Source: Octopus vulgaris
Taxonomy: Eukaryota
Direction of reading: 5' to 3'
DNA length: 64,000 nucleotides
NCBI GenBank assembly: GCA_951406725.2
Contig: OX597818.1
Location: 55,862,001 to 55,926,000 of the forward strand
Below, piece after piece: positions 36,994-50,785 of the stretch. Position numbers and translations under genes: made by a program. A model generated the notes under the pieces. That model was not told the origin of the DNA. It saw only the letters and a list, made by a program, of their open reading frames with translations, and did no database searches. Positions within the stretch are counted from its first letter, which is position 1. Each line of letters begins with the position of its first letter.

Positions 36994-37216
36994 TTAACCC
37001 ATCAGTGCCCATGGTCCTTTTTTTTTAGGACCAGAAGGATAATCCATCATATTTCTGCAACACCTGTATTTTTCTGAGATATCTTTAGTTAGTTAGTCAT
37101 CAAGATTGGAGTGTCTTTCAATTTTTTTTTATATATTTAGTATCAGATAAAGATGTATAAAAAAAGATTTTTGGTAGTAAATTAAATAAAAAACAAAATG
37201 GGTACTAATGGGTTAA
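36994..37216. mobile_element. TTAA MITE family C
   Basis: TTAA CCCATCAGTGCCCA ... TGGGTACTAATGGG TTAA. Confidence 0.75.
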
Positions 37217-37245
37217 TAGCAGTAAAATGACATGGTTTGTGATCT

Positions 37246-37605
37246 TCTTACATGTTTCTGTCATCAGACTGTGGCTATGCTAAGGGACTGCCCCAAAGGA
37301 TTTTTACTCGAATGAAAAGACCCCAGTACTTAGTTTTTGGGGTTTTTTTTTAAGTATGCCACTTATTCTATCAGTTTCTTTTACTGAACCACTAAGTTAT
37401 GTGGACATAAACACACCAACACCAGTTGCCAAGTAGTGGTAAGAGACACACACACACACATGCATTATGGGGTTTTTATTGTTTCCATCTACCAAATCCA
37501 CTCACAAGGCTTTACTCAACCTGAGGCTATGGTAGGTACCGCATCAGGGACTGAACCCAGAACTATGTGGTTGGGAAGCAGACTTCTTACCACACTGCCA
37601 TGCCT
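37246..37605 (-). mobile_element. SINE S1 (diverged)
   Basis: S1 motifs on the minus strand. Confidence 0.8.
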
Positions 37606-37609
37606 CAAA

Positions 37610-37945
37610 GTTTCAACAATAAAAAACCAAAGTTCATCAACCCCATGCTACTCACAAGCATAATACATATAAGAGGAGCAATCTATCCATTAAATTACAT
37701 TGAAGAATTTAATGGATGGAAAGCAAAAGCAAAGACAATTATTCCATTCAGTGTTACATGAAGGAAATGTTACCATTGATAAAGGCAAGTTATAAAGAAG
37801 CATATTTAAATTGGGGAAAAGCTAAGACATTTAGCAATTCTGAGCTTGTAAAGGAATGCATTGTTGAAGCTGTAAGATTCTTGAAGTTAACAAGTATAAA
37901 AGATGTACTTCTCTCAAGAACTAATGCAGATTGACAGCTTAAATC
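37610..37945 (+). pseudogene. hAT transposase fragment (SPIN/GTF2IRD2-like)
   Basis: IKASYKEAYL..GKAKTFSNSELVKECIVEAV...IKDVLLSRT matches hAT KASY.VA..I.K.GKPFSDGE.VKECI...V.LSR.T. Frameshifted. Confidence 0.75.
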
Positions 37946-37960
37946 TGTCCTCAGTGTAAC

Positions 37961-38305
37961 AGGGCAGGTAAGAAGCTTGCTTCTCAACCGCATGGTTCCA
38001 GGTTCAGTCCTACTACACAGTACTTCGGGCAACTGTTTTCTACTGTGGACCCCAGTCCAGCCAAAGCCTTGTGGGTGGATTTGGTGGACAGAAACTGAAA
38101 GAAGCTCATTGTGTGTGTGTGTGTGTTTGTCCCCCTCCACTGCTTGACAACTGGGATTGGTTTGTTTATGTCCCCGTAACTTAGCAATTCAGTAAAAGGG
38201 ACTAAGTGCCAAACTTAAAACTAAGTACTGGGATTGGTTTGTTTAGCTAAAACCTTCAATGCGATGCTCCAGCAAGGCCATAGTCCAATGACTAAAACAA
38301 AATAT
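37961..38305 (+). mobile_element. SINE S1 (diverged)
   Basis: S1 motifs on the plus strand, inverted relative to the 37246 copy. Confidence 0.8.
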
Positions 38306-38540
38306 ATAAAACTCATTGTGACCCTTATCTGAGCAAATACTACAAAGCATTGCCCATTTCAACATGAGTTTGTGATAAATAATTAGATTTACCCTAATAT
38401 TCAAAGATGTTCTGGTTATCACAAGTACAAGTATTAGTCCAAACTTTTATCTTTGTAAATGGAAACAATTGCTTTTTTCAGGAAACAATTGTTCATTATC
38501 AAATATTAATCTTTATTCAGGATATTGCATTTATGTGATA

Positions 38541-38735
38541 TACCATATTTTAACGTGTATAAGGAACCCTTTTTTTTTTAATTAAAAATTAGGTTTAAAA
38601 AATATGGGAGTTTCTTATACACGGATAGTATTATAATCCCTTACAAAACATTTTTCCAGATTTTAAGCAAAAAAAAAAAAAAAATTAAGGGGTTCCTTAT
38701 ACACAAGAGTTCCTTATTCACTTCAAAATATGGTA
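38541..38735. mobile_element. Tc1/mariner-superfamily (Tc2/pogo-like) MITE
   Basis: TA-CCATATTTT...AAAATATGG-TA termini, with internal repeated TATAAGGAAC/GTTCCTTAT motifs. Confidence 0.7.
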
Positions 38736-39234
38736 ATTATAAAATAAAACGGTTTAAATATTTTGTTGCAAGCTTATTATAAATCTGTATATGATATGTG
38801 GTAAAATATTCTGGCATTTAGAAAGAAGTTGTCTTTTAAATCGCTTCTTCTTCATTTGAAGCAACCAAAAGAACACTTTCCCCATTTCACAAAAATATTT
38901 CCTGAATAGTACACCTGTGGATATTTTGTAAAATACTTATTAGCTTTGGACGCATTAATTGAGGGATACAATGGAAGATTTAATGATTTTGAAAAGCATG
39001 ATATCACACCCTAAAACTAGCTTTACAACCTCACTTAGTTCTTGTATCAAAGGCACCAGAAAAGTTACAAATAGAGCTGGTGAAGTTGTCCAAAGTAAAT
39101 ATCTTAACATCTTTGGTAGAAGATCCAATTAGAATTTGGAAAAAGGTAGAAGAATACTCTTACCTTCACAAGCAAGCATGCCAACTGATTTTGTACTTTC
39201 CTACAATCTAGTCGTGTGAAAGCTCCTTTTTGTT

Positions 39235-39720
39235 CATCACCGCAATTGTTTAGTATCTGTTTTCCATGCTGGCATGGGTTGAACGGTTTGACTGGAGTTG
39301 GTGAGCCAGAGGAATGTGCCAAGCTCCATTGTCTGGTTTGGTATGGTTTCTATTTCTTTACTGCCCACAAGGGGCTACACACAGAGGGGATAGATAAGAA
39401 CAGACAAATGGATTAAGTCGATTATAGTGACCCAGTGTGTTACTGGTACTTATTTAATCGACCCCAAAAGGATGAAAGGCAAAGTCGACCTCGGCAGAAT
39501 TTGAACTCAGAACATAGCGCTAAGCATTTTGCCCGGCATGCTAACATTTCTGCCAGCTTGCCGCCTTCACTGCTTTGGTATGGTTTCTATAGTTGGATGC
39601 CATTCTTAACACCAACCATATTACAAAGTGTACTGAGTGGTTTTTATGTAGCACTGGCACCAGTGTGCTCACCAAGTAACTCATAAGACAAGATCCCCTC
39701 CACCAAGGGTAGTGTAGTAT
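39235..39720 (-). mobile_element. S3 retroposon interrupted by SINE S2 (about 39350-39568)
   Basis: Direct repeat TTTGGTATGGTTTCTAT on both sides of the S2 copy. Confidence 0.8.
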
Positions 39721-40193
39721 TGAGAGAGGTCTTGACACATATCCAGAATTTATTGGGAAATGCATATGACAAATGAGCACCAGGAAGCCCAATTAAAACT
39801 GAAAACCTCCATGTTAGAACCTGATCTCACAATGTTCTCCTCCCAGAAGCAATCTCAAAGAAGTTGTTAAAAACTATTAAAAAGCAAGCCAATAAATTAT
39901 ATGCTGTCATTGCTTAGCCCCGAGCCAACCCTGATCATGAAGACATATCATCAAAGCTGTTACAGCTATGACTGGCTGACTATCCTACCTTTTTGTATAT
40001 CGAGGAATACACTGTACATCATGTATTTTTCTTTTTTCTTTTTTAACACAGTAGTGTGTAATGTTTGAAGGAGACATGGCTGCTATTTCTTGTAGGTCAA
40101 ACAACCACTAGATGCTCTCTCACTGGCTTGAAATAATAGTGTATAAATCTGTTTAAAAAATACTCCCCATTTAATAAAGAAAATAAATCTATA

Positions 40194-40246
<53 letters not shown>

Positions 40247-40247
40247 A

Positions 40248-40470
40248 AGCAGTGAACTGACAGAATTGTTAACATTCTGGGAGAAATGCTTAGCAGCATC
40301 TTGCTCATTGCTGTGTTCTGAGTTCAAATTCTGCCACGGTTGACTTTGGCTTTCATCTTTTTGGGGTCAATAAATTAAGTATCAGTCAAGTACTGGGGTT
40401 GATGTAATCGACTAGATCCCTCCCCACAAATTTTATGCCTTGTACCTATAGTAGAAAGGATTATTATTAT
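40248..40470 (+). mobile_element. SINE S2 flanked by (ATT)n
   Basis: S2 core between ATT microsatellites. Confidence 0.8.
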
Positions 40471-40479
40471 TATTATTAT

Positions 40480-40832
40480 TGAGTGAGAGAGCAGTGCATG
40501 CCATCAAAGTGACACTGGGGTAAAATATACAAAGCCCAATATACCCATCATGATTACCCGTCTGATAAGGATACACCAGGCACATGCATCACAACCATGT
40601 GTGCGCGACATGGTGATCTCATATCAAGACAAACAGCACATGATCTTGCAGGTGGGGGCCCAGTTAAAATTTTCTTCTGGTCGAGTAACCCATCCCGCTC
40701 AAAAGGTCCCTGAATAAGGGTTGTTTAAGGATGTTGAACGAAACACCCATGTTTCCAGAGGCGAATTATCCAAACCCCAAAGAATCCCTCTCAACACATA
40801 TCTATGATAATCCCCCACTACTTCTGCTCGTG
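40480..40832. mobile_element. Interspersed element embedded in (ATT)n
   Basis: Complex, higher-GC block bounded by ATT tracts on both sides. Single copy in the window. Confidence 0.45.
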
Positions 40833-42099
40833 ATTATTATTATTATTATTATTATGAGGAACAAGGTTCTTACAATTAGAGGAAAGCAACATTGAAAGAA
40901 TTCTTAGTTTTGTAACTCCTGCTTAATTAGATTTACTATAAAATGATTTTAATGTCAGTGTTATTTCAATGATATTAAAATGTCAGCATAGTCTTGAAGT
41001 GAATTCTGTAATACAGTTCAATAAACACAGTTTTTTTTATTTTTTATATACTAACCTCCTTTTTAAGAGACGAGTTTAATGTAGTTTTTTATTTACTTAT
41101 TTTTTTTGTGATAAATAAACGAAACAGATGCTGACTAATAGAGTACTTTAATGTAGGCGGAAAGCACAAATAGTCTCGTGGGCTGCAACTGCTGAAATAT
41201 GCAGATTTTTGCTTGATAGCAATGAAAGTTATTAAGTAGTGGATTTTTGAAGAAAAATTATTATGACAAAAATTGGCTTCAAAATATCAAACTAGAAGTT
41301 ATGAATGAAAGTGAATGTTCTTTACTACACTTTCCCATTTCTCTTATATCAGATAGGCTAAACTTAATATCACTATATCTGCATGGTTTACTTTTTCTCA
41401 TGGCTGCATTATCATTCATTACAGCTACCACCACCACCACCACCACCACTACTACAACTACTATTACTACTAGCTTTGTTTTCATTGATATTTTTTTTTC
41501 TTTTTTTTTTATATTCATCTTAATTCAACAACTTAGAATTTATAAGCCACTTCTTATAGCATCTTAAGTGATATACACTGATTAGAATTATTTCGTTGGT
41601 GCTCACTCAAAAAGATCAAAAGAGGAGATAAAAGCAGGAATATCGCAGGCTGTATATCATCACAAATAGAATATTGCTTTAAATGGGAATTTTTAATTTA
41701 TAGTATAATAATCTCAAAGTAAAAAAAAAAAACAACAAAAAACCCAACAAAATACTACTTTCTGCTTGATATATCTCACCTGTTTGCAAATCAACACTGT
41801 AATAACTATCAAGGCGAAGATATCATCTCAAATCATCTCAAATCTAAATCAGTTGGTCTTAGCATAATTAAAGTTTCCATTTAGCTTTATGTGTTGACTA
41901 TCTATCGTTAAGTTTCAGCTTCATATCAGCTAGAACCAAGCTTAATGTTATTACAGATTTAATTCCACATGTTCCCATGGCACAAAACAATTTTTTTACT
42001 TTGTAAGATATAATTATTTTTTAAATTATTATTTTTTTTTTTTAGAAGAATGATGTTGGCTAAAATTTTATTCGTTAGTCTACTTCTGGTAGTTTACTC

Positions 42100-42560
42100 A
42101 CACACACACACACATATACACAGACATGTATGCACACACACACATGTACAAATATGTATATATACACACACACACACACTCAAATATGTATATACACACA
42201 TATATACATAAACATGTATACACATACAAACACACATATTCATACATACATATGTATGCACACACACATAGAAATATGTATATACACACACACACACACA
42301 CACACTCAAATATGTATATACACACATATATACATAAACATGTATACACATACAAACACACACATATTCATACATACATATGTATGCACACACACATAGA
42401 AATATGTATATACACACACACACACACACACACACTCAAATATGTATATACACACATATATACATAAACATGTATACACATACAAACACACACATATTCA
42501 TACATACATATGTATGCACACACACACACATAGAAATATGTATACATGCACACATACACA
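42100..42560. repeat. Higher-order tandem repeat (unit about 126-130 bp) built from CA/TA microsatellite
   Basis: ctcaaatatgtatatacac recurs at about 42179, 42305 and 42435 with the same intervening pattern. Confidence 0.9.
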
Positions 42561-42619
42561 TGGATGAGTTAGTGAACTAACAAAAATAGCACTCAATACA
42601 TTTGGTTAGACTTATTTGT

Positions 42620-43660
42620 ATTTAATAACTGTTTGACTCGCCTCCATGAGTATACAATATGTGTAAATCATCAGGTTTTTATAGAGAATGGAGGGAATTT
42701 AAGAGAAATTTAAAATGAATTCTAGATGAGAGTATTCAGGCCTCCATTGGTCAGTTCAGGTTAGACAATTATTTTTGCTATCAGTGACATCAATTATTGT
42801 ATATGGTAGGTGCATGTGGTGGGGCAGATATGATGGAGAAGTCACTTTGTTGGTATTTTGCAAGGTTGTGACACTTCAGCAGCCTCAGCTCTTTATATTG
42901 GATATATCACATGGTAGAACAGACAAAATGTTGGCATCAGTTTAGTCATTCTGTATGGTGTAGTATTTCACTGACAACAGTTACCATGTGGGGAAGTAAC
43001 TGATGTGTTAGTGTCAGCTGACGTGAGCTTGCGTGACCAACATGAGTTACAGAAAGCTGTAATCTCTATGAGCAGCAAGAATTAAATACCCTGTCATAGT
43101 GCTTGGGCAAACTAAACCCTCAGTAATATATCAGAGTAATCAGTGGTCAATGGCTTGAAGTTCATTAACAGGCGGTACTTCTGATGACAATATTAATATT
43201 GGTCATTTTTCTTATTGATGGGTGTTGTGGGTTAGAGGAGTAGGTGCAGTTTCTCACAGAAGCAGAGTTGGTGATTATGAGCCCTGGGTGAGTAACGAAG
43301 AGTCCTCTCAAGATGCTCTGTGTGATGTTGGAGAAGTCATTCTGACTGTCCTGGAGTCTCTAGATGAACCAAGTCAGAGATGTGGAGTTTTCCTTGACAC
43401 TACATCTAAGGGAGTGTCTGGTGTATATTGTATATCTTTCTTTGAAGTCGTTTGCTGTCATGTCATGTAGTGTCTCATGATGCCATCTGAAGGTGTGAGG
43501 GTGGTGCTCACTCCACAACCTTTGAGAGGGAGGATCCTCGCTATGGCCAGTTGTGAATGCTATGTGGGTGTATGTTTACATATGTTGTAGTGTATGTTGG
43601 AAGTAGTATTATATAAGCATGAGTAGCTAACCTTGACATTATGGGAATTAAAGAGAACTC
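42620..43660 (-). mobile_element. Penelope-like GIY-YIG and 3' end relic (left arm of an inverted pair)
   Basis: Reverse complement of 43801-44725 over its whole length. Confidence 0.7.
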
Positions 43661-43800
43661 CTTCCCAAACCTTTGAATAAGAAAGAGGTTAGATAATTTG
43701 GTTTAATCTTTCATGCAGTCAAGATATTTCCACTAATATAGCTTGGCGCTTCTTGATGCTAATTAAAAAAGCAATTTCTCTAAAACCACAAATATTATAA

Positions 43801-44725
43801 ACTCTTTAATTCCCATATCATTAAGGTCACTCAGGCTTAAATAATATTGCCTCTAGCACCCTACACTCCAATCTACAATTGCTGAAATCCTACCAACTGC
43901 CCTTTGGAAGGATCCTGCCTCTCAAAGATCCTAATTAATAGAACCAGCCTCACACTGATGACTTCAGAAGACTCTACACAAGCATGATGGCCAAGGACTC
44001 CAAGGAAAGATACATGCAACATATACACCCTTTCAGAAATAGAACCAAAAAAACTTTGCCTCCCTTTCCTGCTTCATCTGGAGATTCCAGGACCATTAAA
44101 ATGATTTCATCAACATCACATGGGGAATCTGTGATAGGGTCCTTGTTCACCTGGAGCTTGTAATTGCCAAAACTGCACCGAATCCACCAGTCCATGGCAT
44201 TCATCTACAGGAAAAATGTTGTTGTTACCATAGGTACACTCTGTTAATATACTCAAGCTATTGGCCACTGATAACTGATATACAACTCAGGCCTAGTTGG
44301 CATATGTACAATGGTAGGGTATATAATTCTGGTTGCAGGGTATATAATTCTGATTTCTCATCCTGTGTCTGCCATGTAAACTCTTGTAACCAGGCATTGT
44401 TATGTTGATTACTTCCCCACATGATAACTGTTGTCACTGAAATATCACACCATACATAACGACTAATTGTCTGTTCTGCTAAGTTATACATCTACTGAAA
44501 AGAGCTGGTGCTACTGAAATATCACACCCTTGCAGAATACCAACAAACTGACTCCAACATCCTGTGCACCCCATGGACCTACTAACGGAATAAATGATGT
44601 CACTCTGATAGCAAAAATGATCGTGTGACCTTAACTGACCAATGGGGCTTGAATACTTTCTCTATGAAAATCTGATGATGTGGACATATCTTAATGTAGA
44701 AGTGAGTCACATTGTTCTTAAATAA
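43801..44725 (+). mobile_element. Penelope-like GIY-YIG and 3' end relic (right arm)
   Basis: NCPLEGSCL...RLYTSMMAKDSKERYMQHIHPFRNRTKK...FIWRFQDH resembles the PLE endonuclease (CPL.G.CL, YIG.T...FK.RY.NH..SFR, LS.YIW). It ends near a CTGATGA motif. Confidence 0.75.
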
Positions 44726-45430
44726 TTTATACATACATACATACATATACCATCATCATTTTATGTCCCTTTTCCAAGTTCTCAGGGTCCAAGTGATTTT
44801 TTTTTTTATTTAGAACCAAGATGACATGTGGACACCGGAGACTGGTGTTCGTACAGGGCATCTTGGCCTTGGCTTGGTTTCTATCACTGGATGCCTTTCC
44901 TCTCATGAACCATAGACTGTACTGAGTGCATTTCCTCATTGCACCATTATTAGAGATGTTCATCTATTTTCCGCACTGCTATGAACAGGTTGAACTGGTC
45001 ATTATGGTTCATGTCTGTTCTTATTTGAAGTTACTGCCTTTCCTGACCAAACCAACTGAAGCTATATTAAAGATTTTAATTTGACACCAACAAAATGAAT
45101 AATTGTATCGTAAAAGATGCAAAATTGTTATGATTTTTGGACAATAAATGACGAAGGAAGATCATGTCCACATCTTGTGTGTGACTTCCTCATGTGTTTC
45201 TTTGTCATCCTTCTATGTAATTTTTGAATCTTACATGTGTGTTTGTAAGTATCCTTGTCTTGACATCATGTGATGATTGTAAATGAGCATTACTATGATA
45301 TAAATCATGTTTTTGTTTCCTGTTTTGCATAGTGAAATATTATCTTGCTTGGAAACAGATGAGTGTTGGTGACAGGATAAGCATCTGGCCAAAGAAAATC
45401 TGCAAATCTGCTCAACAGATTCTTTCTAAA

Positions 45431-45640
45431 GGCGGTGAGCTGGCAGAAACATTAGCACGCCGGGCGAAATGCATAGCTGTATTTTGTCTGCCGTTACGTT
45501 GAGTTCAAGTTTCGCCGAGGTTGACTTTGCCTTTCATCCTTTCGGGGGTCGATAAATTAAGGACCAGTTATGCACTGGGATCGATGTAATCGACTTAATC
45601 CATTTGTCTATCCTTGTTTGTCCCCTCTGTGGGAAGCCCC
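45431..45640 (+). mobile_element. SINE S2 (TTTGTCCCCTCT tail subtype)
   Basis: GGCGGTGAGCTGGCAGAAAC head and the S2 core. Confidence 0.85.
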
Positions 45641-46120
45641 TTTCTAACCCAGGCAAATATGGAAAGGTAGATGTTAAATGATGATGATGATGATGATCTG
45701 TATTTGTACACAACTGCTAATGTTTATCTTTACATCTGTCTTCCCAATGCTAGCATAAATTGAAATTTTAGTGCTTTACAGTCAAGCTGTCCAGTTCAGA
45801 ACATTTTATTAAACCCGAGAAGAAGGGTTGATGCTTATATCAAAATGGAGTAATGAACCTCGTGCAGTCTTAAAACAGTGCCTACTGCTGGATTTGAGCC
45901 TGTGCACTATAGGACAATTGTGAGGTACCCTAACGAGTTAGAAACGGGTATATGTCAATTTTATGAAAGTTCCTTCTGAAAACCTATTAATTCCTAATTT
46001 TTATGCTGATCTTTCATAACATCAGGGAATGTTTTGTCTATTTGAAATAGGGAAACTATACTAGAGGTTGGTATTGTAAATGACAGATGTAAAAAATAAA
46101 ATACTTTCTATTTGTAATAG

Positions 46121-46153
<33 letters not shown>

Positions 46154-46984
46154 CCTCTCTCTCTAACATGGCTATACTGGCTGCTGTTGGCACTAACTAA
46201 ACTTTGGAACTTTCAGTCTAATCTTGACATGTGAAAATGAAAACATATCATTTTAATGCTTAAGAAGACATTTGTTCCTATTTAGTTTACTCTCTTCTGA
46301 TTGACATGGTATCATGATGCTGCTGGCTCTATTTTAATGATACCGATATTTAGTTGTTATTAAGGTCCTGCCAACTTCAGCTAAGATATAATATTTGTTA
46401 CCAAGAATATGAGGTTTGCTAAGAGTAATGCCAGTTTCATGTGGATCAGTAGTTTTGTAAAACTGAGGCCATATCACAATACATAATGCTGAACAAATGT
46501 CAGCTTCTTTGTTTTGTTTTGGGGTTTGGGGGTTTGGTTTTTTTTGGGGGGATTTTTTTTTTTTCTCAGACAGATCATCTGAAAGAATAAAAAAAACCAA
46601 ATAATTACTGGACAGGGAAGCTAAAGTTCATTTAGAAACTTCTCTGTCTCATGCAGTCATGTCAACAGGACTGGGGTGAAGCAGTGATGATAATCAGGCT
46701 GGAACATATGGTACATGGTAACAGAATCTGCCTGGATGGGGGATAGGGACTTGCCTTTAATTTATTGTGTTGTTAGCAGTGGATATGACAGAGTATCCTA
46801 TCCTGGTTTTTACTGTTGCTTCAGATATATATATATATTAATAAATAAAACATATGCATATATATATACATATATGTACGTACCTACCTCTACATGTATA
46901 TATACATGCATATATGAGTACAGGACACCAAAAAAACATCGAACACAATGAGAAACGAAAACATAGACACAAACCCAAGGAACT

Positions 46985-47028
<44 letters not shown>

Positions 47029-48204
47029 ACTACACGAAAAGTAACCAGCATCTAGATAATGAGAGAGAGTTTTCTATTGTAATTCTTTCACAGGAAGGCA
47101 TCATCATCATCATCATTAAAAGTAATTAAAAAATTTAAAGGTTAAATCATATGGATTTTATTTATTTATTTACAATCTGCATACATTAAATTTATGTATA
47201 CATAATACGTCCCCCTGGACAACACTAGTTTTACAGCAGTGTGTGCACACACATCTTCATGCACACATATCCTCCCACACATATATACACACATCATTTT
47301 CTATTAGATTTCATGGTTACACTATTTACATTAAAATAATTTTTCAATCTGTTGTATATTACTCTGCTGCATATGTTGAAATCGTATTTCCTCTCTCCAT
47401 AAAAGAGAAGAAATTAGGGTCTCCATGCAAATACATACCAAAGTAATATTCTTTCTTTTTTTTCTTTTTCTTTGGTTGTTTTTATTCCGCAAGTTAGCTG
47501 GCAATGTGTTTATCTCTTAGGGTCCCAAATCTAGAGATTGATAAGTCTTGTAAAACTGGGACTTTCAAACTGTTCACTTTGTCAGTTTTGCCAGATTTCT
47601 TGTGTTTGTGTTGTATTTTGAGTACTTTTCTTTCACTGACATCATTTTGAAACTACTTTTGTTGTTGATGTTTTAATTTTTATAAATTTTTAATTGATTT
47701 TCCAATGAATCTTAGCTAATATAGGTTACATCTATTTCTTTTATTTATTTGATATAACTTCAAAAAGAGGAGGGGCTGTACCCATGACCTTTGATGAGAT
47801 CAATGTGATTTCTATTTGGCTTGATATCAGGGTCTTTATGGTAGTGTTTAACAATGGCTTAACCTTGGAAAATGAAATTTTTGTTAGAGGATAGTAATTT
47901 TTTTTCTTTATAACAACTGCCATATCACTACCCCCCCCCCATTATCGGCACTACCATCAACACCATCATTGCTCACCCTTAAACACCATCAGCGGCAACA
48001 TCACTACCATCATCATAATCACCGTCATAGAGAGTGGTAGACTTAATTTGTTACCTGGACTAATATCAGTGCTCAGGGTTGGAGTTCATTCCGTTCTAAG
48101 CATTCAGACCTGGTTTCTAGTTTGAAGTTAACTACTTCTTTCTTTCCCAACAGTCTTGAAGGGCCTGAAGACGGTCATGATCACTGCTCTCACTTACTTG
48201 GATG

Positions 48205-48352
48205 TCATCATCATCATCATTGTTTAACATCTGTTTTCCATGCTAGCATGGGTTGGATGGTTCAACCGGGGTCTGGGAAGCCAGGAGGCTACACCAGGCT
48301 CCAGTCTGATCTGGCAGTGTTTCTACAGCTGGATGCCCTTCCTAACGCCAAC
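48205..48352 (-). mobile_element. S3 retroposon 3' end
   Basis: (CAT)n tail and S3 body. Confidence 0.85.
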
Positions 48353-48393
48353 AAAAATAAATGTATATATAAATTCACACACACACACACATA

Positions 48394-49610
48394 CTAGGTT
48401 GAGTCAAAAAATTTTTTTATGGATTTTCCTTGATGATATTTAGCAACTTGTATCTCCATGTTATATCATTAATTTGAGACAACTCATTATCCAATTATTG
48501 CTGAATTGTTTACTCGTTCTTTTACAGCTTTCATAATGAGTAGCAAAAAAAAAAAAAAAAATTGCAAGTAGAACCATTTTACGCTACCTGTGGGAAAATG
48601 GACTAAGTGCACAGGCAGCAGCAAAAGAAGTTAATGATGTAGAAAGGTCCAGGAACTGCTAACGATTTTGTGGCATAAAATTGGTTCAGACATTTCAAAG
48701 AAGGTGACACCAGCCTCAAAGACAAACCAAGGTCAGGGAGACCTCCTGTTGTGGAAGATGTGGCCTTGCTTGGAATGGTTGAACAACAGTCAACCACAGA
48801 CACTTGTACATTGGGAGTAGAATTTGATCCTTCAAAGCTCCATCTGTCAATAACTTATGAACAGACGCTGTCGAGAAACTCTTCATGAACTGATCAATGA
48901 TCAGGTTCTATGCTGTGTGAACATTTGCAAACAACTGCTGGCAAATCCTCACGATGCTCATTTTTGGCATTGAAATGTAACTGAGGATAAAAAATGGATC
49001 TATTTTTGTAATTCTAATAAGAAAAATCAGTGGCTTCATTCTGACCAGGCTTTAGAATTTGTTGTCAAACAAGGGTCGTTTGAACAGGTCATATTGTATG
49101 CTTTGTGGAATTTTGAGAGGGTGTTGCACTTTGAGCTTGTCCCAGATGGTCAAGTTGTGAATGCTTACCTTTGTGCTCAACAACTGCAGTGACTATATGC
49201 TGATTAGAAAACCCACTACACAGTATCGGTCAATTGAAGATCTGCACTCTTACAGCATGACAATACACACTGCCAATGTGGCCAAGCACAAACTTGAGGG
49301 ACTGAAAGTATAGCCTCACTCTGCCTATAATCCAATCCTTGCACCATCAGATTACCACTGTTTTCGAGCCATGGCTCATTTCCTGCCTAGACAGACGTTC
49401 AGCAATGCGGATGAAGTTGGAAACAGATGCAAGGAGTTTTCTGCCCCTAAATCAGCCAAATGGTATAAGAGTAGAATTGAGCTTCTGGCACAACGATGGC
49501 AACAGACAATAGAATATGATGGGATACATTTTGATGACTAAACATGTTTCATATGTAATTTGAGCTATTAATTAAAGTTTAAAACATGAAAAACTTTGGC
49601 CTCAACCTGG
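48394..49610 (+). mobile_element. Full-length decayed mariner transposon
   Basis: TIRs CTAGGTTGAGTCAAAAAATTTTTTTATG and CATGAAAAACTTTGGCCTCAACCTGG, with TA on the left. Transposase relic 48536-49541: WFRHFKEGDTSLKDKPRSGRP, VTEDKKWIY, LLQHDN, PHSAYNPILAPSDYHCF, WQQTIEYDGIHFDD*. Multiple stops and frameshifts. Confidence 0.95.
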
Positions 49611-49715
49611 CACACACACACACACACACACACACAAGGTAGTAGTAATACTGCCTCAATTGCATATACTAGATTTGTGTGCTGCTGGCCAGCCACTCAC
49701 AACATTAATGAATGT

Positions 49716-49945
49716 TTAACCCTTTTGATACCAACCCACCTGAAACCGCCTCTGGCTCTGTAGTATAAATGTCTTGTTTTCAAAAGTTCTGAATTAAAAT
49801 CTTACACCAAACCTTAATCACAATTTATGTTCCTAACACTAGCTTAATGACAACTACATTATTTTACTAAATTTTTTGTTATGTTTAAAATTAATTGAAA
49901 AAAACAGAGAGCTTCTCAAAAGAAATATGGTAACAAAAGGGTTTT
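49716..49945. mobile_element. TTAA MITE family A
   Basis: TTAA CCCTTTTGATACC ... GGTAACAAAAGGG TTTT. Confidence 0.85.
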
Positions 49946-50785
49946 CACTTTCCTATATCAGGTGAAAACTTCTCATCTGAGCACGACACTGGCTTTCAGT
50001 ATGCACCATTAAAAAGGCCCTCAAAGGCCAAAATGCACCTGGCTTTCTCACTGGTCACTGCAGGGATGAATTTTCATCTGCTGATATTTATAGTGTTTTT
50101 TAACACATATCCATAAGAGACATTATCTCCAAACACATAGCACAGTAACTGGCATATTGACAGTGTGTGTATATTAAGTATGATACATAGATGGAGATAT
50201 ACATACCTCTCCTGTGCAGTTACTACAAAAATTGTTCCAAATTGATATCAAAACATAAATTGAAATTGAATGAAAAAAATAATTTCAAGTTATATTTTCA
50301 TACACACATACATACATACATGAATATATATGTATACATACACACATATGCATATATATATATACATATATGTACATACATATATGTGTGTGTGTGTGCA
50401 TACACACACACACACACACATATATATGTATTTGATAAAAAAAACATTATCATCACTAATTTAAGACTAAAAAAGAAAATGCAAAAAAAAAAACAGGACC
50501 CGCCTCCGAGAGACTATCGAATTATCTGTGAAATAAATGTGATATTTATTGAGGTTGAAGTATTAGTTTCTAGTAGTAAAACATATATAGCCTAATTTAA
50601 CAGAGATGACAAGCATACCGTAGTGTAACTAGTAATGTGGTTGCCTGAAATATGATAGAAGCTAGGTTTGAATCCCGTCGGAGGGGGTGGTATATTTTTT
50701 CTAGCTTAGATTAGCGCTTATGATGTCTTTTAATCTTAGTCATTTATTTATAATTTGTTTGTTTATTTACAATTTTATATTTCAG

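Noticed and set aside
50614-50692. tRNA-like sequence upstream of the HSF2BP exon (a similar relic lies at about 45876-45945 on the minus strand)
   Set aside because: It has A/B-box-like motifs but no consistent cloverleaf pairing, so it is a decayed tRNA or SINE head rather than a tRNA gene.
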